64,000 bases of DNA from Moniliella sp. 'wahieum' (taxonomy: Eukaryota), in assembly GCA_003971905.1 (NCBI GenBank), contig RSEE01000051.1:1-64000 (forward strand). The letters run 5' to 3'. The notes under the pieces were generated by a model. The model ran no database searches. It was not told the origin of the DNA and was given only the letters and a program-made list of their open reading frames with translations. Position numbers and translations under genes: made by a program. Positions 48,771 through 60,565 of this stretch are shown here, in pieces; positions within the stretch are counted from its first letter, which is position 1; each line of letters opens with the position of its first letter.

Positions 48771-49042
48771 GGGAGGCGGCGACAGGTGCAGGCGGTGGCG
48801 GGGAGGAAGGGGCAGGGGGGGTTCCGGAGTGTGTGCACTGTGGGCGTCGGGCTGGGAGCGTCGAGCTGCCTGCGTGGGCGCCCGGCGGTTGAAAGCAGGG
48901 GTGGGGCACCACACCTTGACCCGTCCGGGTAGCATAACCCGGTGGATCCCGCTGTCGGCACGTGACCACCCGGCTGAACATGAACGTTGCACGTGCGGAG
49001 GCACGTGACCGGAGCGCGTGTGCGGGCAACAACACGCGTGAA

Positions 49043-50528
49043 ATGTTCAAGGCACCAGCCCAACCAGCGCGGCTGAGCCCACGCCCAGCAGCCAACAGCA
49101 TCCACTCGCCGCCCCCACCACCATCCCGCCCGATGCCCCCGCGCTCGGCAGCTCCCGCAAGCCCTCCGTGCGTGGACGCCGCGCCAAGCACGCCGCCACG
49201 CCCGCCCCTCAATCTGCGCAGGAAAACAACGCCCCCGCCCCCGACGGCGCCTCGCTCGACAAGCTCGACGCGGCCTCGCCGCCCTGCGTGTCGTCTCCCA
49301 CACCCGTCCCCCCGACCCGCCCTCCCCGGCGCAGACCAATGCGCTCCGCCGGCCGGCCTGCCCGAGGAGCAGATCGGGACGCTGCTCCAAAATTACGACC
49401 TGGAAAGTACGTTGGCTGACCGCCCACCCTCCCGCACCACGACACACAGATCCCGCGTACCGGTACTGACCGCCCGGGGTGGCACACAGCCAGTGTGCGC
49501 GTGGCACGCTTGCAGAATGCGCTGGCAGCCAGGCAGCACGAGTCTAGCGCCGCTGTCGCCAACGCGATCCACCGCATTCCGCGCCAGGTGCGCCAGCTCT
49601 CGCTCCAGTCCTTCTTGCTGGACTATGATGGCGACGTCCTCGCCGCCGTCGCTGCGTTGGGAGAGTCGCTGGCAAGCACCTCATGCCCCCGCATTGGCCT
49701 CTGATCCATCTGCCCCAGGCAGGACGCGGGCCCCTTCCTCCTCTGCGGGGCTTGCCACCTCGCGCTCTGGCGCGCCCTGCCGGGCCCATCCTCCGGCTCA
49801 CTCGCGTCCGATGAGATGGAGGACTGGCCGCATTCAAAGCCCAAGTCCGTGCGGCCGGATTGAAGAGAGCTCGCTCGCCAACAAGTCGCCGCGCAAACCG
49901 CCCGGTTGTCGTTTCCGTTTCCGTTCTGCCCGCACCCCCTCCTCCTCCCCCACACACGTCCCTCCGCCTCTCGAGCTGCTCGGCTAGGAGAACGGGTCCA
50001 GTTTACCAGCCTCAATGGCACGCCGCTTCAAGGACTCGTTCTTCCCGATGGAACGGTACAGCCTTTACAACCCTCTCGCCTTGCCCTCCAACTGCTGGAA
50101 ACCACACCTGCCGAGACGAAGAGCAGGACAGCATTGCCCACCGTCTAGCCTCTGCACGCCAGGCCCTAGGCTCTTCAAGCTCGATCCAATTTCCTTCCTC
50201 CCCTGCCCCATCGAGGGCAGGAAGGGTAGCCGCCGCAGCTGCAGCCTTGGATCGGAGGGCCGGAACCAGCACCCGGCGCATTGGCCCACCTACAATGGGC
50301 ATCAACACCCGGTCCGGCGTCCCTTCTTCCCCCCGGGTTAGATCACCTTCTCGCCCAACGGCGCCTCCGCCCAAAACAATCTCCCTCTCCAATGGTCGTA
50401 CGCTCAAACTGGCCTCCACCAGCCCGCAGGATCTTGCGGCGCTGCGTATATCGGCGGCAGAGCGGGCTCGGGTACGAGCGCAGATCGCTCAGTGGCATTT
50501 GGAGCAGAGCCAGCGCTGGACTGGCTGA
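49043..50528 (+). CDS. Borealin/Nbl1-like chromosomal passenger complex subunit; frameshifted, one intron
   Basis: EEQIGTLLQNYDLE, intron, RVARLQNALA...IHRIPRQVRQLSLQSFLLDYDGDV resembles the Borealin N-terminal domain; later SLNGTPL motif. Confidence 0.65.
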
Positions 50529-52502
50529 GTTGTCGGTCCGTCCAGCTAGTCATCAGTCGTCCACCTCACCTACCCTACCCCGATCGATTCGTCTACGTTC
50601 ATGTTTGCATTTGGTTTTGCCCCCCGCCTTAGCACCGGCCCTTGTCCTACTACGATTGAGTGTTCGCCATGTCAGAAAGTAGAGCGGATGTGAACCCTCT
50701 GCCATAGCGTAGTCTCGGCCTCACGGGCCCTCCGTAGCGCTAGCCCAGGGGGTACCCACCACCCATAAGCCTCGAGGGCGGCAACGTCCTGTCGCAGTGT
50801 GGGTTTTGCGTTTCGCTTCGCATGGACAAAAACGGCTCAGTAAGCGGTTCTGTCGTAGGCGTTCGTTGGACCTGCCCTCCAATTGATTCGCTCGCGCCCA
50901 CGCTGCCTCCAGCCGCTCTTTGACTCTTTGATCGCCCCCGGCTCACCTGACACCACAAACCAAAACACGTTCGACACGACCGCCGCCTGCCCCCCACACG
51001 CCTCGTGCACCTCGGCCCGCTTGGGATGGAGACGGACTGTGCTAAGTAGCTGCGCACCCGACCAGTACTTGGAACTAGCCCGCCAGGTCCTTGGTGCACT
51101 TGGTGCCCGCCCGCTGGCCTATGCGCATAGGGTCTCAATCCAACTTAGGCCGGTTCCCACTACTGTTGTCATGTGGGAAGGATGAACATGTGGGCCGTTT
51201 GGCCAGCAGGAACCCTGTGATGCCATCACCTTGGTTTCCCGGTCCAGAACCCCTGAGGGTCAACGCTGCGCCCCCCATTGGTCTTCTTGGTGGCCCAATC
51301 TGGGCATTTGGGCCCAACGGGCGTTGCGTTCAGTAGTGGAGGGACGAGCAGCTAAGCGACGGACTGGATGCGGGGGGGGGGGCAGTTGTTCTTTTATTTT
51401 CTTCTTTCCCAGTGAAGCTTGGAGATGACACCGCGCACTCTTTTTCAGGGTCGTGTCCTCCACGTTGGCCCACCCACGCCCACGCATGCCCACACTCTGC
51501 CCCTGGCCGCGAAATCTTCATCGGATCAAGTCCATGCCCAAACGCCCACGGGAGACGGTACCGGGGAGGCGGAAAGGCGAGCAGGCCAAGGGCACCAAAA
51601 GGCTTGGAGCAGCCCCGGCAATCGTCACGTGTATTGTTGGATGAACCAGTGCACACAACAGTGGGCTGACCTCCAACGCCCCCGACACCTTATCCACATC
51701 CATTGCTGCATGCTATGTACCAAATCCGCCCCTCTTTTCGTTCGTAGGAGGCAGAGCATGCGCGCGCCATGTCATCGCAGAACTGGATGTGGTAGAGAAA
51801 GTCAAGCTAAAATTGATTCCTCATGGGGAGAAGAGAGCAAAGTGTCGCAGCACATATCGTTGTACGAATCCGGGGAAGACAGGTGGCACATGTGCGGCGA
51901 AAAGAGGTGGGTATGGGCAAGAACGTGGGCCTTGGAGAACAGGCAAGTGTCGGGCGGGTCGTCAAGGTGTGTGCCGAAACACAGAGAGAGCGGGTGAAAA
52001 AGGATGGAGGCGAGTGCAGTCGTAAAGAAAAAAAGATGAAAGCGAGTGTTGCAAAAGGGCCGCAAGGTAGGTCACGTACAGTCGAGTCGGCCATGTATAT
52101 GTAGTAAAATAGGGAGGCGTCGGAGGAAGCAAAAGTGATTGAGGGAAGCGATCGTGGAAAGGTCGTGAAAAAGTCATGCAGTGCATGCGTGGCATACAAG
52201 GTCAAGGTAGAGCCCATGTAGCAAAGAAGAAAACGGGAACCAAGTGCATATGCACGAAAGGGAGAACAGCAACACCTGGCCGAGGTGGAATCACATCACC
52301 ACACAATTCTCCTCTTGCTCGGACCCCGTACTGGTCAGGGCGCGCCGGCGACCAGGAATCAGACGCAGCCCACCTGTGGTGCCGATCGAATGAGAAACGT
52401 GGAACTGAGGCTGGACACCCGGGCTGGTTGTACCGTCAAGGCGAGGTGAGGTGGCCAAGGCCGAACTGCTGTGCGAGAGGGCGCGCTGATCCTCGTATTT
52501 CC

Positions 52503-54463
52503 CTAGGAGGGGCGTGGGCCCTGGGACACAGTGGCATCGCGCGGGGGCGAAAGGGTGGACGAAGCGACGGCAGCAGAAGACGTTTGTCTGTCCTCTGCCG
52601 AAGGAGACGGAGAAGGTACGCGAGGTTGGACCGTGTGGTGCCGACGGCCCTTGAGGTGCATGCGCGAGGGCACTTTGAAAGCCGGGGCGTGCAGGCGTGG
52701 CAACTTATCCAATCCCGATGGCTCGAAATCGTCAATCGGCACTTGGGGCAAGAAATCCACCCGCTTCTCCACAATCATGGGCGCGATCTTCTCTTCCGGA
52801 TTGGGGTTCCAAGCACTTCTCTCGCGGATCATATCGGCCCGCTTGGGGTCCACGCTGGGCGACAAGGCGAGCGCGGCGCGCACCGCTCCAAAGCTGGCCA
52901 TGGGACTGGGAGTACGTGCGCCAAGCGAATTGTCGTTTTCATTATCCGTCTCGTCCGCCTCGTCCGAGTTGACCGACACGGTGCTGCGACTGAGGCTGCG
53001 AACGATGTTCAAACTGGCCTGCACAGCGGCGTGGCGCTCCTCCTCGTCGCCTTCCCACGACGCAATCGAAGAAGGACGCCGGGACCGACTGGCTGCAGAT
53101 TCACGACGGGCGCGAGTTTCCAGCTCCGAGCCAACAGGGCGCTCAGGGAGCTTGCTGCCCATCGTGACCGTTGCACTGCGAATGCGAGAGGAGGCGGTAG
53201 CCTGGACCGAGAGGGAGAGGCTCGGCTCGGCGCCTTGGGACACAGGCGCCCGAACGGGCAGAGTGCTGCGACGAGGGGGGGTGAATGCCGTCGGCGTAGA
53301 CCGCCCATCTTCCACGGGAGTCTCGGCAAACTCTCGAAGCGTCTCAACTGTACTTTGGCGTGAGATGGTGTGCTCAGTCTTGGCCGTTGAAGCGTTGGAA
53401 GGCAAATCCGCCTTCGCCGGAGAGGAAGGCGAAGGACGGGAAGGACGTCCACGGAGCATGTCCGGGGAAAGCACAGCATCCATAATAGTTGGGGGGACAG
53501 TCGTGGTTGGGAAGGATAGCTGCGAGCCAGTCCGGCTTGTATCCGTAGGGAGGGTACGAATGGTAAGCGCTGCAGGCCGATCCATCGTGGGAGCGGTCGG
53601 CTGGGCACGTTTCTGGCGGCGCATGCCTAAAAACGAGCGCTTCTGCTTGGGAGAGCTGTCTCCGGAAAGGCCCAGCTTCCCCCCGGCTGCATGGGATTCG
53701 TGTTGGTTGTCGGTCATGTGCTGAGCAACATGCACGTCCTGGTACCGGCTCAGATACTCTTGTGCGGAAGGAAACTCGAGTGCAGCCACAAGCACAGGCT
53801 CGTCGACGCCCAACTGTCCTTCCTGAGCCGGCTGCGCCGAGCTGAACAGCTTGGCCTTGCTGTCCACGTTGTGACGAACGGGGGAGAACAGGGCAGGACT
53901 TTGCGCGGCCAGCTCGACGATCCGGGGCTGGTAGCGTGTCTTGGGAACACGCACTGCCATCTCCTCAAGAATCTTGCCGAGCACTGCAATGGCCACGTCA
54001 CGCGGGTAATCGTAGTCGGTCAGGATCACTCCACACAGCGCGTCCTGCTGCGGACGGCCCGAGGAAAGGACGACATAGTCAGGTTGCTCCACTTGGACCT
54101 GGTCGTTGTGCGTGGTCTCCTCTGCCAGTTCCTGCACAATAGAGGGGCATGTTAGCTACGGAACACATACGACCCAGCCGAAGGTGTAGCAGTGGGAGGA
54201 GGCAGAGGCGCACCTTGGCGTCGGCCATCATGCGGGCCTGCATTCCTTGACGACGGACCCAGCTAATGGGGTTGAGGTCCCAGACGGCCAACAGCGGGAT
54301 GCGCCGCGTATTGTCGTCCTGGTTGAAAACGATGGCACCATCTGTAGAAAGGGGAAGGGGGTACAAGGTCAGCACGGGGTGGCGGGCGGGCAGGGGTAGA
54401 ATGAGAAGCAGCCGAGACAAGGTGCTCACATAGATGCCTTTGTATTGAGGGAGAAGAGGCCAT
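52503..54463 (-). CDS. Ykt6-type longin-domain protein with long disordered tail and no SNARE/CAAX; two introns
   Basis: Spliced: MASSPSIQRHL/YGAIVFN...DLNPISWVRRQGMQARMMADAK/ELAEET...QVEQPDYVV...LCGVILTDYDYPRDVAIAVLGKILEE...LEFPSAQEYLSRYQD. Introns GTGAGC...TACAG and GTGCGC...TGCAG. Confidence 0.7.
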
Positions 54464-55509
54464 GCAAGCGAAACGGCGATGGAACGTGTCAGTAAGAAAC
54501 GGCCATTGTGCCTTGAGGCTGGGACGCATGGAAGGGGAGGGGGCGTACATGGCGGATGGATGAGGGGGATGGAAGGTGCAGAAGTGGCGGTGGTGGTCGG
54601 ATGCCAAAGTCGGGGCGAGGGTGAGTACGGCAGTGGATATAAGAGGCTGAGGGCGGATGGTGATGCTGGGGCTGGGGACGGGTGATACGGGGGATGGGCC
54701 CAGAAAGCACATCTGGCGTCCGCAGCTGTCCAGCGCCACCCTCCACTTTTCTCGTCCTCCAAGGTCAGGGCTCCTCGGTGGCTGCTAGTGCGCTCACCGA
54801 TGATGCTCGCCAGCGCAGTCTCTGGTCTGGCCTGTTCTGCTCTGCTCTGGTCTGGTCTGGTCTGGGCGCTGGATGTGGGTCGTCTGAGGAGGCAAAAACG
54901 CACAAATCCAAAGTCGACTGTCTGTGACGCTGGCTACGTAGCGAAGCAAGAAAGAGGCTTGGAGTGTGGGTGTCGTAGTGGGGATGGTCGAGGGGGCCTC
55001 TTACGATAATGCCGAGTGGGGCGCTGTGCCAGGGGCTGCGGTTCCGCGGCAGCTCGCAAGTGTCCACCGCCCCACTGGCTAAGACCCCCCCTCCGGTCCC
55101 TAAACGCGGTGAGGCGCCAGTGTCTGGGACCAAGTCGGCCCACCGCCACCAGCGCAGAGGCCGGCGTTGGACGTTGGACGTTGGCCAGGAGCCCCAGCAC
55201 TGCATAGCACTGCCCATTCCCGGAGGTTGGATAATCATGATGATCACGGTGATCAAGGGCTCAGGCGCTGAGCGCTCAGGCGCAGTGAGGCTCGGATGAT
55301 GCTGACGAAGCTTTTTGAAGCTTGAAGCTCGAAGGCAGAGGACATCAGACACCAGATGTGTGTTCCTCACGGCACAACGGGTGATGCAAGTGTACCCTGC
55401 CTAGTGCACCTTCCCAAAGCAACCGGCAGCTCTTCGATACCGAGAAAATCCCAGTACTCACAGAGTGAGTCGAGTCGGTGAGTCTTTCAGCAACGGAGTA
55501 AAATGACGG

Positions 55510-55669
55510 TGTTGACATCCGTCCTAGGACCGCGCGGACCCTGAGTCACGTGAGTCAGCTTTCATTCCTTCCGAGCTCGCACCAGTCTTCTGGACGAGTC
55601 AGTCGCAGAAGCTTCTTAGTCCAATACGACGTTCAGTGCTCACATTCTGTGGTAGTAGCGAGGCCGACA
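55510..55669 (+). repeat. 5' LTR
   Basis: TGTTGACATCC...GGCCGACA, identical by eye to 60406-60565. Confidence 0.97.
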
Positions 55670-55723
55670 GAGTTACATCCTTATCTGCTCATCCCTGAGC
55701 TGGCCAAAACTACACCCACAACC

Positions 55724-56970
55724 ATGGGCGCCAACGCTAACACCGATCTCTCGGTCAGCGACACCACAATGGTGAACAAGCGCGATTACTGGACACCAAC
55801 CGGTCGCGATCCGCCACCGATTGGCACCGACAACGAGGAACTCATGATGCTTTGCGCCGAAGCGCACCTGTGGTTCAAGAAGACGAACGACATCGATGTC
55901 GTTAAAGAGAAGATCAACAGAGCTATACACGACAGAGCCGAGTGGCTTGGATGGAAGGACGAACCTACGTCTATCACGACAAACTGGGTTCGACGGGCTA
56001 CGAATTTTGTGGTGCAAAACATCCACCAAATGGAAACTCAACCCAACGCAACTTTGGGGGCACCTACAGGCGCAGCCTCGCGACCCGAGTACGACCTTTA
56101 CAGATCACTACGCGAGTCTCCCACCAAGAATATCAAGTGGCCTGATCTGAACAAAGACCCGTCCGCCTACAGCGCTTGGGAAGACGAATTTCTCTTCGCG
56201 ATAACAGATGCCCACCCCCACGCAAGCGACGTCGTCCAGAATGGTCGCAGCTCCCGCTACTTCACCGAGGACCTCGACAGACGCTTGCACAACCTTCTTA
56301 GGGAAGCCATGCCGTCAACCCTCTTCCGGACGATCCGCACCCACCACGAAATATCATGCACCCAGGACACGCTGAACATGCTGCGTCAGCGGTATGGATA
56401 TACGCCTACCGCAAACAGAGGGCCTCTACTCATTCGCTACTTTTCGGCCGACCAAGGAAACCGATCGGGTCGAGACTACCTCGACTACATGGAAGAGATC
56501 AGTGCAAGCCTGACGCGAGCGGGCATCCCACTTACGGAAGAGCAGGAACGCACTGGGATCCTACTCGGCTTACGCGACATGAGCATTCGCCAGCGTGAAG
56601 AGCGCTCGAGTCTAGACAAGTTACGGCAGGCCGTGATGGACATACCAGCCGCCACGTATCCCGGTGGGAAAGGAAGAGAAACGGAGGCAAGCCGGTCAAC
56701 GGAGGAACGCCTTGGACTCGACCCGACAGCGGGGGACGACCCACCAGCGGGGGAAAAAACTCCAGCGGGGGCAAAGCCGGCGACGACAACCTCGCGGACA
56801 CAAAGACCAAGGGGCAAGACCGCACCAACCAACCCTGGCGCAGCGCGACGTCTAATAAACCTGTTGTCCCTCCGCGCAACCCAGGCCGAGCCAACGCTCA
56901 CGTCGCTCAGAGAGCGAGCTCTCCCGAGTCTGAAGTGATTGACGTTGATGCGGGCACAGCTGACTACTAG
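55724..56970 (+). CDS. gag: Gag (one inferred 1-nt deletion near 56670), ending at TAG 56968-56970
   Basis: ATG in ACAACCATGG context; YSAWEDEF...TLNMLRQRYG...DYLDYMEEI...ILLGL copia-gag pattern; basic Gly-rich C-terminal part in the shifted frame. Confidence 0.8.
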
Positions 56971-59900
56971 GAACTCGGGGGCGAAATGCGAATCATCCGG
57001 GCATTATATGACAGTGGGGCATTCCCATCCATTTGGAAAGACAAATCCGTCTTCACATCCATGACCCCTTGCGACGACGATAGAGGTTGCTAACGGGACA
57101 CATGTAAAGGCGGAAGGACGAGGCACGGCCACAATCCGTATCCGATGCTTAGGAGGACACCAAATGGAGATAAAACTCCCCAACAGCCTATACATGCCCC
57201 GTTTCAGCCGAAATCTCGTCAGTGTAGCACACCTGTCGAACACCGGAATCGCATCATACTTCGCCCCACACCAGAAGGGTATCTGGCTTGGTAACCCAGG
57301 ATCCACCCTACGAAAAGTAACCGGCAGTGACTATCAATTCACGATCTTACACAACCCGCGAACGCCACCCACACCCCTGCGGGCCATGGCGACCAAACCG
57401 ATCAAACCGGCCGACCCACCCTCAACCCCAAACTCCCTCGCAGCATCCCTGGCCCTGGACCACGTCTCTAAAGCCCACAAACGCTGGAACCACGCAGCCA
57501 TCGACCTCCTCCCCTGGCTTACACGATCGGAAACCGCAGGCCTCCGCGTCACAGCCAAGCATATCTCCCTCTGTCGTTCAGAGTGGGATTGCCCAACATG
57601 CGCGGTGGCACTAGCGACAGCATCGCCCCATCCGAGCCGGGACCGCCTCCGATCCAAAAGACCTTTCGAGGTCCTCCACGTCGACGTAGTAGACCTCCCC
57701 CGGGTAACCGGCATGGGGCACGGATACGCCCTCGTCGCCGTTGATGACTTCACGCGGTACGTCTTCACCACAGCGATCCCGACAAAGGGCGCTGCAACGA
57801 AGGAACTGCGGAACCTCATATTGCGGGAGCAACGCTACGGCCCGGACAGACTGCTGCGGACTTTGCGCACGGACAACGCCCCCGAATTGACAAGCGCACT
57901 GCAACCTTTTCTGGACGAGCAAGGCATCACGTCAGAACGGACAATCCCGGGGCAGAGTGCTAGCAACGGTGTGGCTGAGCGTGCCATCCGAACCATAACG
58001 ACTCGTGCAAGGCAGTTGCTCTTGGGTACAGGTCTTCCGACGTCGGACTGGTGGGAACACAGCCTCCACGCTGCGTGCTTCACCCAAAACCAAATGCCAC
58101 TCAAAACATCCGGGGAAGACAACAAATCGCGATTTGAGCGATACAAAGGCCACGCATACTCGTTACCGATGCAACCCTTTGGCCGCGTTGCATACCTCCA
58201 TCTGCCCGAGTCACGCCGCGAGCACAAGCTCAGCGCGCGGGCAGAGGAAGGTATGCTGGTAGGATACCACCATCAGCGCGGATCAAAGGGATGGCTCTTC
58301 GCCACATACCAACCATCCCTGGGTACCTTCACCTACCGCTGGTCGAAACCGTACAAATGGGGCAACGCCATCTACCCCCATCTCCACCCCGACCACTTCC
58401 CACCCGACATCTCCAAATCACCTCAAATTAAAATCGACAGTGAAAAAGACGCTAACCCTACTCCGCCAGCCGCGGCAGCACCCATGCCCCGAACCGCCGC
58501 CACACCCCAGACACCCGCTCCCACCACCACCCCCCCTCCGCGCCGCTACCCCCTCCGCCAGCGCACCACCCGCACCTCCCTCGACCTGCACACACTCCCA
58601 ATCGCTGACGACCCCACCGACACGACCTACCATGCTCGTGCTGCAGCCGCCACGCCCCACTGCGCCGCACCAGAGATCGGCATCGCCCGCCCCCTACCTG
58701 ACACATCCGCCCCCCCGTTTGCCGACACAGTTCAACCTCCCGAATACGCCGCCATGACTGCTCTCAGCGCACCCATCCACCCGGACACGGTTCAGCTCAC
58801 CAAGGATGGCGTACCCCTCGCTCCCAAGACGCTCAAGGGTCTCGAGACTCACCCCTCCTTTGCCATGGTCAAGCAGGCTATGGCCGACGAGGTGGCCACA
58901 CTCGCGCGATACGGCACCTACGAGGCTACGTACCCACCACCGGGTGCACAAATCCTCATAGGACTATGGCGCATCACCACAAAGACGGACGCCGAGGGCC
59001 GGTTCCTGCGCCACCGCGCGCGCTTTGTCGCGGGCGGACACCAACAATCGGCCGAGACTTGGGGCCAGACGTTCGCACCATCGGTGCGCACACCTGCCAT
59101 CCTGACCCTCGTCGTGCTGGCCGAGAAGTATAAGTTTGGCCTCTTCTCGGCGGACGTCAATGCAGCGTACCTGAACGCCCCCCTCGAAGAAGCAGTCTAC
59201 ATCCGCCACCCCCCTACTTCCCCGAAGCGGGTGGTCGCGTGTGGCGTCTCAAGAAGAGTCTATACGGGCTACATCAGAGCGGAGCAAACTGGGCACGATA
59301 CATCCGGAACCTGCTGCGTGACAAGCTCGGCTTCACGCAAAGCTTGACCGAGCCCTGCTTGTTCGTGCGCGCTGCACCACCGGGTGAGCAGATCCTCCTG
59401 GCGGTCCACACCGACGATCTGCTCCTCGCATGCAAGTCACACCAAAAGTACGAGGAGTTTATGGCCGAGATAAACACACACATTGATGTTCGTGGTAACG
59501 GTCCCCTTCACTACCACCTGGGATGCCAATACGATCGGATCGGTGGGGAGCTGTACCTGAGCCAACCAAAGTTCATCGAGGAAGTGGTGGCAAAGCACCA
59601 CATCAAAGCCCCGTGGATCCGGACTCTCCCACATCCCGTACGGATGATACCGCCCCGTGCCGACCCTGAACCCCCATCCCTCCCAGCCTTGCGCAAGGCA
59701 TATCAGGGGAAGATCGGATCGGGACTGTGGGCTGCACGAATGGGCCGGCCTGACTCCCTCTTCGCTATCACGGCCCTCAGCAGAGCCGCTGCCGACCCAT
59801 CGCAGCAGCATCATCAAGCAGTCGATGACTTCCTTCGCTACCTGTACCATACTCGAGGAAAGGGCCTGAGGTTGACCCCAACATCAGATGCACCGGCCAT

Positions 59901-60411
59901 TGCGCTGTATACAGATTCCGACTTGGCGGGAGATCCCATCCAGGCACGCTCCACATCTGGATGCCTACTGATGGTGTACGGTGTGCCGGTGTCGTGGCGA
60001 TCCATTCTTCAGCCGAAGAGCGTTACCAGTACCGCCGCCGCCGAATATACGGCAGGATATGATGGACTGGTTGACGCCAACTATGTCAAGAACATCATGA
60101 TCGAGCTTGGGGCCATCGGCGAGGGTACACCCATTCATTGGTATTGCGACAATAAGTCTGTCGTCGATCTCGCCCACAAATTTGGCAGCACCGGCAAGCT
60201 CCGAGAGCTGAAGATCCGGTACCACAATGTACGGCAACACGTGGACTCGGGCGAGGCCATACTTGTACACATCCCCGGCGAAAGGAACCCAGCGGACGTC
60301 CTCACCAAGCCTCTCGGCCGTCCCGCCCTGACAAGCCATCTTGCTCAACTCCGCGTCGAGGAGATGGATCCAGTCCACATGACTGGGCCCTCCGGTCAGC
60401 GGGGGTGTTGA
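56971..60411 (+). CDS. pol: Pol polyprotein: protease, integrase, reverse transcriptase, RNase H (indels at ~57068 and ~59220)
   Basis: PR YDSGA, IEVANG, NLVSV; IN HKRWNH...CPTC, HVD/RTDN/NGVAER; RT DVNAAYLN, KSLYGLHQS, HTDD; RNase H YTDSD, AEY, CDN, ADVLTK. Confidence 0.95.
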
Positions 60412-60565
60412 CATCCGTCCTAGGACCGCGCGGACCCTGAGTCACGTGAGTCAGCTTTCATTCCTTCCGAGCTCGCACCAGTCTTCTGGACGAGTCAGTC
60501 GCAGAAGCTTCTTAGTCCAATACGACGTTCAGTGCTCACATTCTGTGGTAGTAGCGAGGCCGACA
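60406..60565 (+). repeat. 3' LTR
   Basis: Identical to the 5' LTR, followed by GACGG. Confidence 0.97.

Larger units (their letters stand above)
55510..60565 (+). mobile_element. Full-length Ty1/copia LTR retrotransposon (5056 bp)
   Basis: Identical 160-bp TG...CA LTRs; 5-bp TSD GACGG at 55505-55509 and 60566-60570; domain order gag-PR-IN-RT-RNaseH; G-tract before the 3' LTR. Confidence 0.98.

Noticed and set aside
51590..51720. Cys pattern CTGSSNNTRDDCRGC on the - strand resembling a RanBP2 zinc finger
   Set aside because: First Cys pair and spacing do not match, and no coherent gene model could be built.
56666..56672. GGGAAAG as a -1 slippery site in gag
   Set aside because: Wrong phase relative to the gag frame (GGG AAA G); one dropped A in the homopolymer explains the shift.
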